Sequence record: MK308676.1
Length of the DNA stretch: 64,000 nt
Strand: one strand, 5' to 3'
This document shows, piece after piece, positions 37,775-47,251 of this stretch. Position 1 is the stretch's first letter; each line of letters starts with the position of its first letter. The notes under the pieces are model-generated. The model ran no database searches. It saw nothing but the letters and a program-made list of their open reading frames with translations, and was not told the origin of the DNA. Made by a program: the position numbers and the translations under genes.

Positions 37775-37940
37775 TGTTTTTCTCCGCAGAGTGTTGTAGG
37801 TGGTAGATGGTAAACTCGGAATGACAGCGACCGCAAACGGCCATGCTTATGTCCCCTGAGTCAACTTGTTCAAGACAACCTGAGTTGTTACATTCAGGAC
37901 AGATGCCTTGTATTAGCTTTTCGTAGGTTTGATTGGACAT
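37767..37940 (-). CDS. 57-aa zinc-ribbon protein (not in ORF track)
   Basis: MSNQTYEKLIQGICPECNNSGCLEQVDSGDISMAVCGRCHSEF...; GGAG RBS; overlaps both neighbours. Confidence 0.7.
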   Translation of the reverse strand: MSNQTYEKLIQGICPECNNSGCLEQVDSGDISMAVCGRCHSEFTIYHLQHSAEKNND

Positions 37941-38758
37941 GCTTCTAAAACTCCAGCAAAGTCGATGTTACATTTCTTACAGATGCTGCCGTACACTTCG
38001 ACTAGGCTGATATTCATAACCGACGGGATACAGCTGACATCGCCGCTACGACTACCTAATACGTGCCAGGTCGTCCAAGGGAACCAATGTGACGATGGTA
38101 CGGTTGGTTCTTCCAAAGGGTCGATTAGCGAAACTACGCCGGAGTTTAACGTTTCTAGTTCGGACAGTAAGAAATCGCCATTGGCCACATGAAGAGCTTC
38201 GTATATTTCCTTAGCGGTGTGGGTTCCAACCGTACGGTAGTGATTCTGTGCCTCGACCGCAGTTACGTCAGAGTCAAGAACCCATTGAATGCGGTTCTTT
38301 TTCACATAAAGATGAACCGACTCTGCGCCAAACATTCCAGTCACATAATAGAAGTCTTCTTCTAGGTCTAGATGTACCGCCTCTAGGCCGATAGGCACTA
38401 GGTTGTTATCGTCAGACAATCGGTAGACCGGGTTACCTGTAAGGTACCAAACGCGAAGTAAGGCAAGGGCACCTAGTGTTTTGGGTACCTCTTCGTAATT
38501 AGAAAGAGGATTAGTATTTTCATCCTCATGAATCGTAATGGCGATTTTCAATTCATCCCAGTTATCGAGCAGTCCGATGTCAAATGGAATCCCTTCGATT
38601 CCGCAGTCACCTTTCTGCCAGATTTCATTAGCGCCTTTAGCGTAGATAAAAGGAACTTCTACGCCATACTTAGCAAAGCGAACAGTAATCACGGAACTTT
38701 CATCTACAATATCTAAGACGGCTTTGAAGTCGTCCTTAGTAAGTATTTCTTTTTGCAT
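37913..38758 (-). CDS. Hypothetical protein
   Basis: 281 aa, AAGGA RBS. Confidence 0.65.
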   Translation of the reverse strand: MQKEILTKDDFKAVLDIVDESSVITVRFAKYGVEVPFIYAKGANEIWQKGDCGIEGIPFDIGLLDNWDELKIAITIHEDENTNPLSNYEEVPKTLGALALLRVWYLTGNPVYRLSDDNNLVPIGLEAVHLDLEEDFYYVTGMFGAESVHLYVKKNRIQWVLDSDVTAVEAQNHYRTVGTHTAKEIYEALHVANGDFLLSELETLNSGVVSLIDPLEEPTVPSSHWFPWTTWHVLGSRSGDVSCIPSVMNISLVEVYGSICKKCNIDFAGVLEACPIKPTKS

Positions 38759-38767
38759 GTTATTTCC

Positions 38768-39103
38768 TTAGTGCTTTATAGTCGCACAGTCCAAGTCATT
38801 GATGCGAAATGCCAGGGCAGGCATGTCGTGTGTTTCTAGAACATAACTGCTATCGATTTCAGTAAGAATAGATAAAACAATATCCATCATCGTAGCTCTA
38901 ATAAGGTCCTGTACTTCAGGCTTTAGAGGAGACTGCTTTAGACCTTCTAAGTAGCCGACCATATATTCATGCACTCCGATGTTGCCATGTTGTCTCCAGA
39001 ACCCAACGATTCGACTGAGGGACAACTGTAAAGCTCTCTCGGCGAATTGACGGTCTTCCTTACTGAGTTCGCCGCGGCTATATTCTCCCACTAATGTTGT
39101 CAT
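38768..39103 (-). CDS. Hypothetical protein
   Basis: 111-aa ORF. Confidence 0.6.
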   Translation of the reverse strand: MTTLVGEYSRGELSKEDRQFAERALQLSLSRIVGFWRQHGNIGVHEYMVGYLEGLKQSPLKPEVQDLIRATMMDIVLSILTEIDSSYVLETHDMPALAFRINDLDCATIKH

Positions 39104-39159
39104 AATTTATCCAAATTTAAAGTTAGTGGAAAGGAGCCCCGCAGGACTCCTTTATAAGG

Positions 39160-39891
39160 TTAGCAAGTAATAGCTTTCTCAACGCTGTGCCAAACAGACT
39201 GACCGATATCTTGTACGGTCTTGCTGCTAGTCTTAAGAGGCTGAATCTGAGAACGAGGATAGTCCTCGTACGTTACGATACCGCCTTCAGTCAGTATACC
39301 TACTCGACACATCGCATATGCCTTAGACGTCGGTGCGTCAGCATGTACGAATACGCCAACTCGTGAGTTAGGATTACTCGGCGTAGGCAAGATGCGAACG
39401 CGACGTCCTTCGTTAATAGGCGGGAAGTCCTTCTTAACGATTTCCAGAATGCGTTCGGTTTCCGAGATAGCCTTATTGCCGTAGTAAGTCTTGCCGATGT
39501 GGCGTAACTCTTTAGCCGGGATAACTAGGAACTCGTTTTGCATCACGTACTTGTGACTCTCTAGGATTTTCTCCATGAGGCCTGGCTGTGATTGTAAGCG
39601 AGTCATCTCGATGGAGAGAAGCTTCACGTAACCACTAGCGCCTAATGTTAGTAGGGCATTAGTATAGTTCGTGAAAACATTCATCATCCATGCGGCTTGG
39701 ATAACTGCGTTACCGTCGTTATCTGAGGCAGGTGGAATTGCGGGAGCGAACTCCGACAACCCTTGAAGTGCATTTGATAACTCACGTGTGCGTTCAGAAA
39801 CGTATGAACCCGGGACTTCTGTAGATTCTTTAAAGATTGCTACGGTGCCGTCGAGTAGAGTGATTTCGTAATCCATGTGGTTAATCTCCAA
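39160..39891 (-). CDS. Hypothetical protein
   Basis: 243-aa ORF, GGAG RBS before MDYE. Confidence 0.6.
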   Translation of the reverse strand: MEINHMDYEITLLDGTVAIFKESTEVPGSYVSERTRELSNALQGLSEFAPAIPPASDNDGNAVIQAAWMMNVFTNYTNALLTLGASGYVKLLSIEMTRLQSQPGLMEKILESHKYVMQNEFLVIPAKELRHIGKTYYGNKAISETERILEIVKKDFPPINEGRRVRILPTPSNPNSRVGVFVHADAPTSKAYAMCRVGILTEGGIVTYEDYPRSQIQPLKTSSKTVQDIGQSVWHSVEKAITC

Positions 39892-40270
39892 TTACGGTTT
39901 GAATGTAAGCCTCCGCCACAATCTCACGAATCTTAAGTTCGATGTGTGCTGGGCAAGAGGCCGATACAGAGAGAACTGCTCCGTTCTCCCAACAGTTTGA
40001 CATATGGTAGATAGGTTCGATAATGTCAAGGCTAGCGTAGGTGCCGATACTAATTGCGGTTACAGAACCGCAAGGAGTACGACGCTCAACGTTAAGTTCG
40101 GCAACCAGAATAGGTTGCTCTAGAATAAGTTTAAGAAACAGATGAACAACTTCTTCGTTCTTTTTATAGCTGTTCGTAGAAAGAACGCGCTGATGCGGCC
40201 AACACTCTTTAGCGTGAGAGTTGTAGTTGCTAGGCAGGTTCTTAGTTAGTGCATTGATGCGTGCAGACAT
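39881..40270 (-). CDS. Hypothetical protein
   Basis: 129 aa, first gene after an early promoter. Confidence 0.6.
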   Translation of the reverse strand: MSARINALTKNLPSNYNSHAKECWPHQRVLSTNSYKKNEEVVHLFLKLILEQPILVAELNVERRTPCGSVTAISIGTYASLDIIEPIYHMSNCWENGAVLSVSASCPAHIELKIREIVAEAYIQTVIGD

Positions 40271-40310
40271 GATATGTTATCCTTTATTTTAATGATAGAA
40301 ATTCATAAGG

Positions 40311-40321
40311 GTAATATAGGT
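40311..40321 (-). promoter_or_regulatory. Early promoter ACCTATATTAC
   Basis: Exact TATATTAC. Confidence 0.65.
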
Positions 40322-40475
40322 TATACTTTTACTTGAATAATATTATAGAGGGAATCATGCCTCACGCGCGGGGCATCCAATCTTTAGCCTACCTGTCTCC
40401 GGACGGGTAGGTTCCTCTACCCTATAAACAAAAAAGAATATTAACCTGCCCTCCATAAAAGGAGAGCAGGCTATT

Positions 40476-40922
40476 TTAAAACTCTATAAAGAGTACTTCG
40501 GTATCGTCGGGGAAGATGTCGCAGATGGCTGCCTCTAAGACGCCTCTGTCTTCCGTCTTAGCGCAATACTCTCTCCATGGTACGATTACCCTCCTTCCTT
40601 GATGTAAAGCTTCAGCTGCCTTTAGAGAGCCGATTAGAGCCGATTCCCTTAGTGCGTCTCCGTCTCTCTTATTCTCTATAAAGCAGTAGAGATTATAGAC
40701 GTAGAATCCAGCAGACTCTTTAGCCCAAGTGAGCATACCTAGTTTGTCCGTACTTCCTCTATGGGTGCCCTTATCAGCGATATAGGCCTTAAAGAACTTG
40801 TTACGGAATGCGGACTGGAGTATGGTGTCCCAGTTACAACCGATGTTGCAGAAGTTCAGTAAGATATCGCCGGTCTTCAAAGAGCCCATAATGGACTCGT
40901 CGCTTTCTACTATTTTAGCCAT
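40476..40922 (-). CDS. Divergent macrodomain (Poa1p-like) protein
   Basis: LLNFCN...AFRNKF..AY...LG...VYNLY...VIVPW pattern; start MAKIV. Confidence 0.55.
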   Translation of the reverse strand: MAKIVESDESIMGSLKTGDILLNFCNIGCNWDTILQSAFRNKFFKAYIADKGTHRGSTDKLGMLTWAKESAGFYVYNLYCFIENKRDGDALRESALIGSLKAAEALHQGRRVIVPWREYCAKTEDRGVLEAAICDIFPDDTEVLFIEF

Positions 40923-41032
40923 GCGAAGAATTCCGTTACTAAAGTGTAGTGATAAGAAGTAACCCAGGATGCCCATCCGGCTAACCAGATAAGCAATAGA
41001 ACGGCTAGCGCTAAGCCTCGAATCTTATTCAT
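40910..41032 (-). CDS. 40-aa single-pass membrane peptide (not in ORF track)
   Basis: MNKIRGLALAVLLLIWLAGWASWVTSYHYTLVTEFFAWLK; AGGAGA RBS. Confidence 0.65.
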   Translation of the reverse strand: MNKIRGLALAVLLLIWLAGWASWVTSYHYTLVTEFFAWLK

Positions 41033-41464
41033 GTCGTGTCTCCTAATAATATAGTTAACAACTCGTCACTGTTAACTTACCGTCCACAGAAAGTCGTGCT
41101 TCTGTGTATGGGTTTCTCCAAAAATGGAATGCTCACCTTTCTTCGGGAAGGTGGGCAAACCTATTTATCCTTAACCCTTTTCTCTAATACTATAGTTTAG
41201 GGCTGTGCTTTTTCACGCCGCCCCTTGAGCGTGACCCAAACGAGCCTACAATCAATGCAATAATCCCGTGCATGACTGTAATCCTAAACTGTGTGGTTTT
41301 TCCGACTAAGTTGGTTGGAATATAGACTTGGGTCTCTTATAGATAGGATAATCTGTTCGAGACCATTTTTTCTATACCTCAAAATTATTGAGGTGTCGGT
41401 GGGCTTCTGGTTGGGTGCCGACATCTCTCCCTTCGGGGAACATTAATGACAGCCAATAAAGTAA

Positions 41465-41492
41465 ATCTCCTCAGGACGTGTCCTGAGGAGAT
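41465..41492 (-). terminator. Terminator-like hairpin
   Basis: ATCTCCTCAGGA/TCCTGAGGAGAT. Confidence 0.65.
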
Positions 41493-41509
41493 AAACTATT
41501 TACCGCTTA

Positions 41510-42460
41510 TTACCAGCTTTCGTCGAACGATACTTCTTCATCAGAAGATGCAGGTTCTTCGTAAGTAGGTTCAGCCGTTGGGTTTGGTGATTCACTCACT
41601 GCACCGCCAGCTTCAGGTAGTTCAGGCATGTCTGCTTCAGCAGCTGACTTAACTTGCCATGGACCTTCGCTCACCATATCTTCTAATGGTTTACGCTGAT
41701 GCTTAGCTAGACGTTTCTGTGTATCGTCGCCGAACTTGTACTCAACAGCACAGACTAGGAACTCAGGGAAGTTGTTGTATAACTTCTGCTGACCTGTTTC
41801 ACTGTTACGTACTTTAACTGCTTCACGTGGGACCCAAGTGATAGTACCAGTCTCTTTATCGAACTTAAGCTCATGTGAGAAGATGCCGCCACCGAAGTCA
41901 ATGAAGTTCTCAGGAAGAGGACCCCAAGCTAGTGCCTGTAGCATTTCTTTCTTAGCCCACCAAGGAGCGTTAGCAAACGCCGGACCGTCAGCTACAAGTT
42001 TGTACATTGTGTCGCTCTCAGGCGTTACAGGCATCTTGTTGTACGCATTAAGTACACGGCCATAGCGGTCGATAACGTAACGAGTATAACCAGGAATGTA
42101 GCGGAAGTTCTCGTCGTGTTCCCAAGGGATAGGGCTAGCGAATACGAAGTAGTAATCCGAAGCTTGATATTCAGAGTTGAACTTCTTAATCATTGGGTAG
42201 TGCGGATGCGATACCGGAATACCTGCCTGACGAAGAATCATAGAAGCTTTAGGAATGTCAATGCTCTTACGTTCAGTATCGCCATCGAAAAGAATCGTGT
42301 CGTTAGAAGGCTGTTCGCCTGGGTAACGGAAGTTCTTCGGAATGTTGCGGTCCATTTTTAGAATCGATTCAAAGCGCGGATTAAGTTCGTGCTCCGGGCC
42401 GTGATGTTCACGAGGTTTAGGTTGACGCTTTTGGCCACCCCAGCCACCACCATAATTCAT
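41510..42460 (-). CDS. Hypothetical protein with a NUMOD4-like segment and acidic tail
   Basis: FRYIPGYTRYVIDRYGRVLN; AGGAG RBS. Confidence 0.6.
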   Translation of the reverse strand: MNYGGGWGGQKRQPKPREHHGPEHELNPRFESILKMDRNIPKNFRYPGEQPSNDTILFDGDTERKSIDIPKASMILRQAGIPVSHPHYPMIKKFNSEYQASDYYFVFASPIPWEHDENFRYIPGYTRYVIDRYGRVLNAYNKMPVTPESDTMYKLVADGPAFANAPWWAKKEMLQALAWGPLPENFIDFGGGIFSHELKFDKETGTITWVPREAVKVRNSETGQQKLYNNFPEFLVCAVEYKFGDDTQKRLAKHQRKPLEDMVSEGPWQVKSAAEADMPELPEAGGAVSESPNPTAEPTYEEPASSDEEVSFDESW

Positions 42461-42545
42461 GGGGTTCTCCTTACAAAAGAAAAAAGATTTGTTGTTTGTT
42501 AATATAGGACGGCCATAAATCCCATCCTATATTATTAATATACGG

Positions 42546-42917
42546 CTAAGCTCTAGCCCAATTGTTCTCGCAGTCTCGTTCGATTGCAATTGGATTAGAG
42601 TCAGCTATAATGCCTTTAGTGAACTGTGCTCGACTTTTAACCGTAGGGTCATCATCGGAACTAAGCTCTTCTAGTTGCTCCATATTGCGAACAACTAATA
42701 GTCTTACGTTCGGGTCAGGATGTTTAGCTAGCTCAGCGAAGTCTTCTTGAGTATTCTCAGAGAAAGCTTCATCAAGCCATTGCTGGTTCTCCTGACCCGC
42801 ATATGCCGTTTTAAGGCGACAGCCTTGTGTATCGTTGAGAGCAAAGAATTGTCCCACGACAATAAGTTGGTCTCCGTTAATATTCGCCTGTTTCATATTC
42901 GAAATAACTTTGTACAT
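42546..42917 (-). CDS. Hypothetical protein with a HEAT/LRV-like repeat
   Basis: ELAKHPDPNVRLLV; SSDDDPTVKSRA. Confidence 0.55.
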   Translation of the reverse strand: MYKVISNMKQANINGDQLIVVGQFFALNDTQGCRLKTAYAGQENQQWLDEAFSENTQEDFAELAKHPDPNVRLLVVRNMEQLEELSSDDDPTVKSRAQFTKGIIADSNPIAIERDCENNWARA

Positions 42918-43662
42918 CGGGTACGCAATTACCTAACACAATGTTAGCCTGGTGTTCTTTAGTGAACCCATCGTTTACGATATCCAAATACAGAAGCTCC
43001 CCTTTTAATGTTAAACTTTCAGGTACGTTAAATTGATACGGACCATGAATGATGATTTTACCTTCTATGGTATACATCTCTGCATTTTTATTATACAAAG
43101 TTTGAACGTTAGGGGTTTTCTCACAATATGTTACAAGGTCTAATTTAGGGACCTGTTCAAATACCTCCATGAACATGCGTTCGAGAGTTTTAACTTTATC
43201 CGTGTTCTGGATAATCTTACACATTCCGTTTTCAGTCACACGAGAGTTTCTTCTATCTTCTAAGTAAGAGTTCCAGCTAGAAGGGTCGAAGACACGGATG
43301 CCTTTTACACGACCTGTGCGAGCTTTGTCTTGACTCTCAACAGAATCAGCACGTACGCGAGAACGTACTTCCGAGTTAACGAAATATAAGTCTTTCATGA
43401 ACGTCACGTTATGTGCGCCTGCTAACTTACAATCGGCTAACCAAACATCTTCGTGGAAGATTGTTCCTTTCGGAATAAGTAAAGCTTGTTTACGATTGAA
43501 ACCTAGAAAGATAATCTTTCTAAATGTTTCCCCAAGTTGATAGCCCATCTCCTTTAAAATCATGGGAGTGATTATCATGGGCGAATCTTTATCGACTCGA
43601 TACGCACGGCGTATCTCCTCGAACAAGGCCTCTTTGGCCCAAGTAAAATTTTCCTTTCTCAT
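42877..43662 (-). CDS. Hypothetical protein
   Basis: 261 aa, AGGAG RBS. Confidence 0.6.
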   Translation of the reverse strand: MRKENFTWAKEALFEEIRRAYRVDKDSPMIITPMILKEMGYQLGETFRKIIFLGFNRKQALLIPKGTIFHEDVWLADCKLAGAHNVTFMKDLYFVNSEVRSRVRADSVESQDKARTGRVKGIRVFDPSSWNSYLEDRRNSRVTENGMCKIIQNTDKVKTLERMFMEVFEQVPKLDLVTYCEKTPNVQTLYNKNAEMYTIEGKIIIHGPYQFNVPESLTLKGELLYLDIVNDGFTKEHQANIVLGNCVPDVQSYFEYETGEY

Positions 43663-43707
43663 TAAGAGCTCCTAAGATTGTAACAATCCGAATATAAAAT
43701 CATGAAG

Positions 43708-43718
43708 GTAATATAGGT
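43708..43718 (-). promoter_or_regulatory. Early promoter ACCTATATTAC
   Basis: Exact TATATTAC. Confidence 0.65.
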
Positions 43719-43789
43719 TTCAAGACTTGATGAAACGAATCATCTAGAACCCCTTCATTTTTAACCGTTTAATCTTAAAGGTTTAACTC

Positions 43790-44995
43790 ATGAGTTTTGC
43801 TAGTGTTAAGGACTTGATGGAGGAACATACTGACTTTAAAGTGGACCGAAAGTTCATTAACAAAGTCTTAATGTTTGTCCAAACATTCCAAAATAAAAAC
43901 GATGAACATACAAACTTCTTCGGCGGGCACCTCATGGGTGTTTACCGACCTGTGTGGGGCGACCAATACGAAAGCATGTATTGGCTCCAAGAAATCTGCG
44001 GTATCTTCGATATCGAGCAAGCACAGGATGACGTGTATGAATTAAAGGACGTTGACCGTAACTGGCGCGTTGCTTCTAACTTAACAAACATCTCGTTCTT
44101 GTACGTAGCCCACCGTATATACAATTCCGGACTGCCACAGAAAGAGAAAGAGATAGGTATCATTTATACTATCATCGCTGCGCACATGAAACACCTAACA
44201 TCAGGTATGCGCAAGCGTTTCCGTTTCCGCGCTAATGAATCGATTGCTATGGCACACTTCGAAAGCTTAGACTACCGCAGTGACTTAAAGAAAGCCGGCA
44301 GCTGGTTCGATTTACTGCGTATGCGCGGTGAGCAAGTGATTGGTCCTAAGTTCCTATGGCAAAAGCAACTAGCTACTTTCCAAGGCACGTACGACATTGT
44401 TAAATGGACGAACGACTTACAGGACCGTCTGACTGACGTACTCAATACTCTTACGGAATCATTCCACAAGATAAAAGACCAAGAAGCTAAGATTAGTTCT
44501 TTCTCTCGCATTGGTGAATACGAAGGCATTAAAGAGGTTGGTTCTTATCGCAACATGCAGCGAGAGATTATCGAAGACCTCAAGAACAAGATGACTCGAA
44601 GAGACGACTTCATTAAAGAAGCACTCATTGCGGATACGGACAGTGTTCTTAGTACTCTGGATGCGCGTTACCTAAGGCAGACGTTAGACTACTTAGTAGA
44701 GAACAACCGCGTACTCCGTACTGACTTAGATAAGCTAGCCGAGTCGATTACCGTACTCATCTTCGAGATTGCTAAGACTGAGAGCATTCCGCTCACACAA
44801 CCTTCTCTTTTATATGGGAAGCTGCGTGACTTGTTCCGTTCTGCTCGTACTAAGCGAGAAGACATCATCGGCATTAAATATCTCTGTAAGACCTTAGTGG
44901 AAGAAGCAATTCCTCGTGCTCGCATGCCCATCCAGACATCGACAGCTATCGGTCTATATACGTACATCATTTTACGCATCTTCACAATACGCTAA
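43790..44995 (+). CDS. Conserved virion structural protein (phiKZ-like core)
   Basis: NDEHTNFFGGHLMGV motif; convergent with terminase. Confidence 0.55.
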   Translation: MSFASVKDLMEEHTDFKVDRKFINKVLMFVQTFQNKNDEHTNFFGGHLMGVYRPVWGDQYESMYWLQEICGIFDIEQAQDDVYELKDVDRNWRVASNLTNISFLYVAHRIYNSGLPQKEKEIGIIYTIIAAHMKHLTSGMRKRFRFRANESIAMAHFESLDYRSDLKKAGSWFDLLRMRGEQVIGPKFLWQKQLATFQGTYDIVKWTNDLQDRLTDVLNTLTESFHKIKDQEAKISSFSRIGEYEGIKEVGSYRNMQREIIEDLKNKMTRRDDFIKEALIADTDSVLSTLDARYLRQTLDYLVENNRVLRTDLDKLAESITVLIFEIAKTESIPLTQPSLLYGKLRDLFRSARTKREDIIGIKYLCKTLVEEAIPRARMPIQTSTAIGLYTYIILRIFTIR

Positions 44996-45001
44996 TATAA
45001 G

Positions 45002-45027
45002 CTCTCCTATCCCGAGGGATAGGAGAG
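45002..45027. terminator. Bidirectional terminator
   Basis: CTCTCCTATCCC/GGGATAGGAGAG. Confidence 0.75.
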
Positions 45028-45033
45028 TACTTA

Positions 45034-47184
45034 TTATGCTGCTAAACCGTGTCGCTCGATAGCTTCAGAAAGACTACGCGCGCCCTTAACCTTCTCGACT
45101 GTAGATGCCTTAAGGTCTGCTAGTACGCGTGTCTCAAACTCCATGTCACCTAACTCTTTAGCCAGAACTTTTATCTGCTGAGTCATTGTGGCTGCCATGA
45201 GGTCGTCGTTACAGTTCATCAAACGTTCTTTTAGTTCCGTGATACGCTTAATCAAACGCTCGCGGTAGATGCGTTCTTGAATCTCTTCTTCACTTAGTTC
45301 CGCACCCATGTCATTTACTAGAGACTGAACAGTACCTGGCTTAATGCCGTACCAGCTCAAGTTAGTGGCGAACGTGGAGAACCAGTGAGCCAGCAACCAT
45401 GCGATAACCATATCGTCATGCTCACCTGCCGGGTGGTCAATGCGGCCGTTAGATTTACGCACAAGCCCGCGTATCTGTTCGGATAACATCTTATTATTGA
45501 TGAGATGAGCGGTGGACTGAGCTGCTTTCTGAAGAACCATGTTATATAGAACAGGGCGAGATTGTCCCGTTGTTTTAAAGCCAAAGTACTTCTTGTATTT
45601 CTCATACAAAGCAGGGTCTAACATATCGGAACCTTGCTGCACTTCTAGCCAAGCTGTAGACATCTGTTGAGGTTTATCAACGACCTGGTTAAAGATACGT
45701 CGGAACGGGTTCTCACCTGCCTGATACAGGTACTCGGCAACAATGTCAAGTAGTGCCTGTCCGGAGGCAGCGTTCTCTAATACCAAAGTCATGTTATGAA
45801 AGCTAGTCAATTGCTTAGCAATCCAACGACCTAGGACAGGGATAGAGGTTGTGGTAATGTTAGTGCCGGCTACGACTTCCATATTGCGAAGGTCCACAAT
45901 AAGAATGCCGTTACCATCTTCACCAACAGATTGAGAAGGGTCGACACAAAGCGCTAGTTCAGTAGAAGTAAGACGCTTCTGTATTTCGTGTGGCGGTATG
46001 TACCAATCCAGCACGTACTTCTCTTTGAACTTCTGACAGTAAGTAGGTTCTCTGACCGCCTGAGCCACTACTCGGTTGAGAGTAACAGATAGAGGAGAAC
46101 TTTCACTACCTGAGGTCCACATGTTTAGATAGTCGCGTTCAGCACCATCTTTATCCGCAGCAGATTCTGAAATCTTACGGCGTAGCCATTCATCGTCCTT
46201 ACCGATTTGACGGTGAGAGAATGTACCGTTAACTAGACGACGGTCTGGGTTAGCTGCATGGACTTTAATCATTTCCCATGCTTCTTCGCGTGAGCCTGCA
46301 TCTAAAAGGATTTCAGACCAGTACATGCCGGAGTGGATAAGCTCGTACATGAACTTACCTTCTTTAGTATCTTTCTTACCTGCCGTTGTAGTGAACAAGT
46401 TTCCGTAGAAGGTCTGGTTCTCTTCGGCGATATCACGTGCCGTACCCGCACCCGCTAGGGCTACTGGGAGAGAGATGTGTACGTTAACGCAGTAAGGGGC
46501 CTCATCGAGCTGGATGATAGGACAGGTTAATCCTCGGCCTACGTTATCCGCAGCACCCTTATCTTTTTGAGCAACCGCTGTAACGTATTCGTTACCCAGC
46601 AAGTTACAAGTAAGTTTCTCAGTGTTGTTCGCGTCTTTGCCTGGCTGATAGAAGCTGAGGTAGGGAGGGAGAAGGTCCCGTATCTCTTTAAGACGCTTGA
46701 TGTTCTTAACGCGTAGGTCATCACCGCGCGTTAGAAGCTGAATAGAAAGCTTTTTACCAGCTACGTGCATTAGCCAGTTGTTGAGAATATCGGCCCCTAC
46801 TGACTTACCACACTGACGCGGCATGATGTTAGCGAAATCGATATTGTTAAGGAAGCACCAGTTAAGTGCCATGTTTGCACGGTTAGCCAAATACTTAGAT
46901 GGCTCAGGTGTACCTGCTTGTGGTACTCTAGCTACTTCACGAAGGAAGTACCAATAGTTGTAGTTTGATTCGATAGCGATGGCTGCTACTTGCTCGGTAG
47001 TCAGGTCGGGACTGAATGGGTCGACACCTTGCAACGCCGGATTCATCAATGCCAAAGGCCATGCGTGGTTAGCACATCCTAACGACTTAAGAGTTTTTGC
47101 ATAATGAAGAAAACTTGCGTTTGTTGTCGAGGTGTCCGCTATTGCGTCTGGGTATCTGGCCCAGTCACTGGCATGTCTAATCAT
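45034..47184 (-). CDS. terL: Terminase large subunit (phiKZ gp25-like)
   Basis: Walker A MPRQCGKS, Walker B IIQLDE, nuclease VDPS and HDDMVIAW. Confidence 0.9.
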   Translation of the reverse strand: MIRHASDWARYPDAIADTSTTNASFLHYAKTLKSLGCANHAWPLALMNPALQGVDPFSPDLTTEQVAAIAIESNYNYWYFLREVARVPQAGTPEPSKYLANRANMALNWCFLNNIDFANIMPRQCGKSVGADILNNWLMHVAGKKLSIQLLTRGDDLRVKNIKRLKEIRDLLPPYLSFYQPGKDANNTEKLTCNLLGNEYVTAVAQKDKGAADNVGRGLTCPIIQLDEAPYCVNVHISLPVALAGAGTARDIAEENQTFYGNLFTTTAGKKDTKEGKFMYELIHSGMYWSEILLDAGSREEAWEMIKVHAANPDRRLVNGTFSHRQIGKDDEWLRRKISESAADKDGAERDYLNMWTSGSESSPLSVTLNRVVAQAVREPTYCQKFKEKYVLDWYIPPHEIQKRLTSTELALCVDPSQSVGEDGNGILIVDLRNMEVVAGTNITTTSIPVLGRWIAKQLTSFHNMTLVLENAASGQALLDIVAEYLYQAGENPFRRIFNQVVDKPQQMSTAWLEVQQGSDMLDPALYEKYKKYFGFKTTGQSRPVLYNMVLQKAAQSTAHLINNKMLSEQIRGLVRKSNGRIDHPAGEHDDMVIAWLLAHWFSTFATNLSWYGIKPGTVQSLVNDMGAELSEEEIQERIYRERLIKRITELKERLMNCNDDLMAATMTQQIKVLAKELGDMEFETRVLADLKASTVEKVKGARSLSEAIERHGLAA

Positions 47185-47251
47185 GAGTGTTTGCCTCGTT
47201 AGTTTTATAAATAGGGACCGCCTTACGGCGAGTCCCTCTATATAATTGCCT

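Noticed and set aside
41180-41424. Possible short minus-strand ORF (MSAPNQKP...) after GGGAGAG within the structured gap
   Set aside because: Absent from the ORF track and my manual frame could not be verified; not called
45034-47184. Intein or intron in the terminase or DNA polymerase genes
   Set aside because: Lengths match uninterrupted phiKZ-like homologs; no intein splice motifs seen
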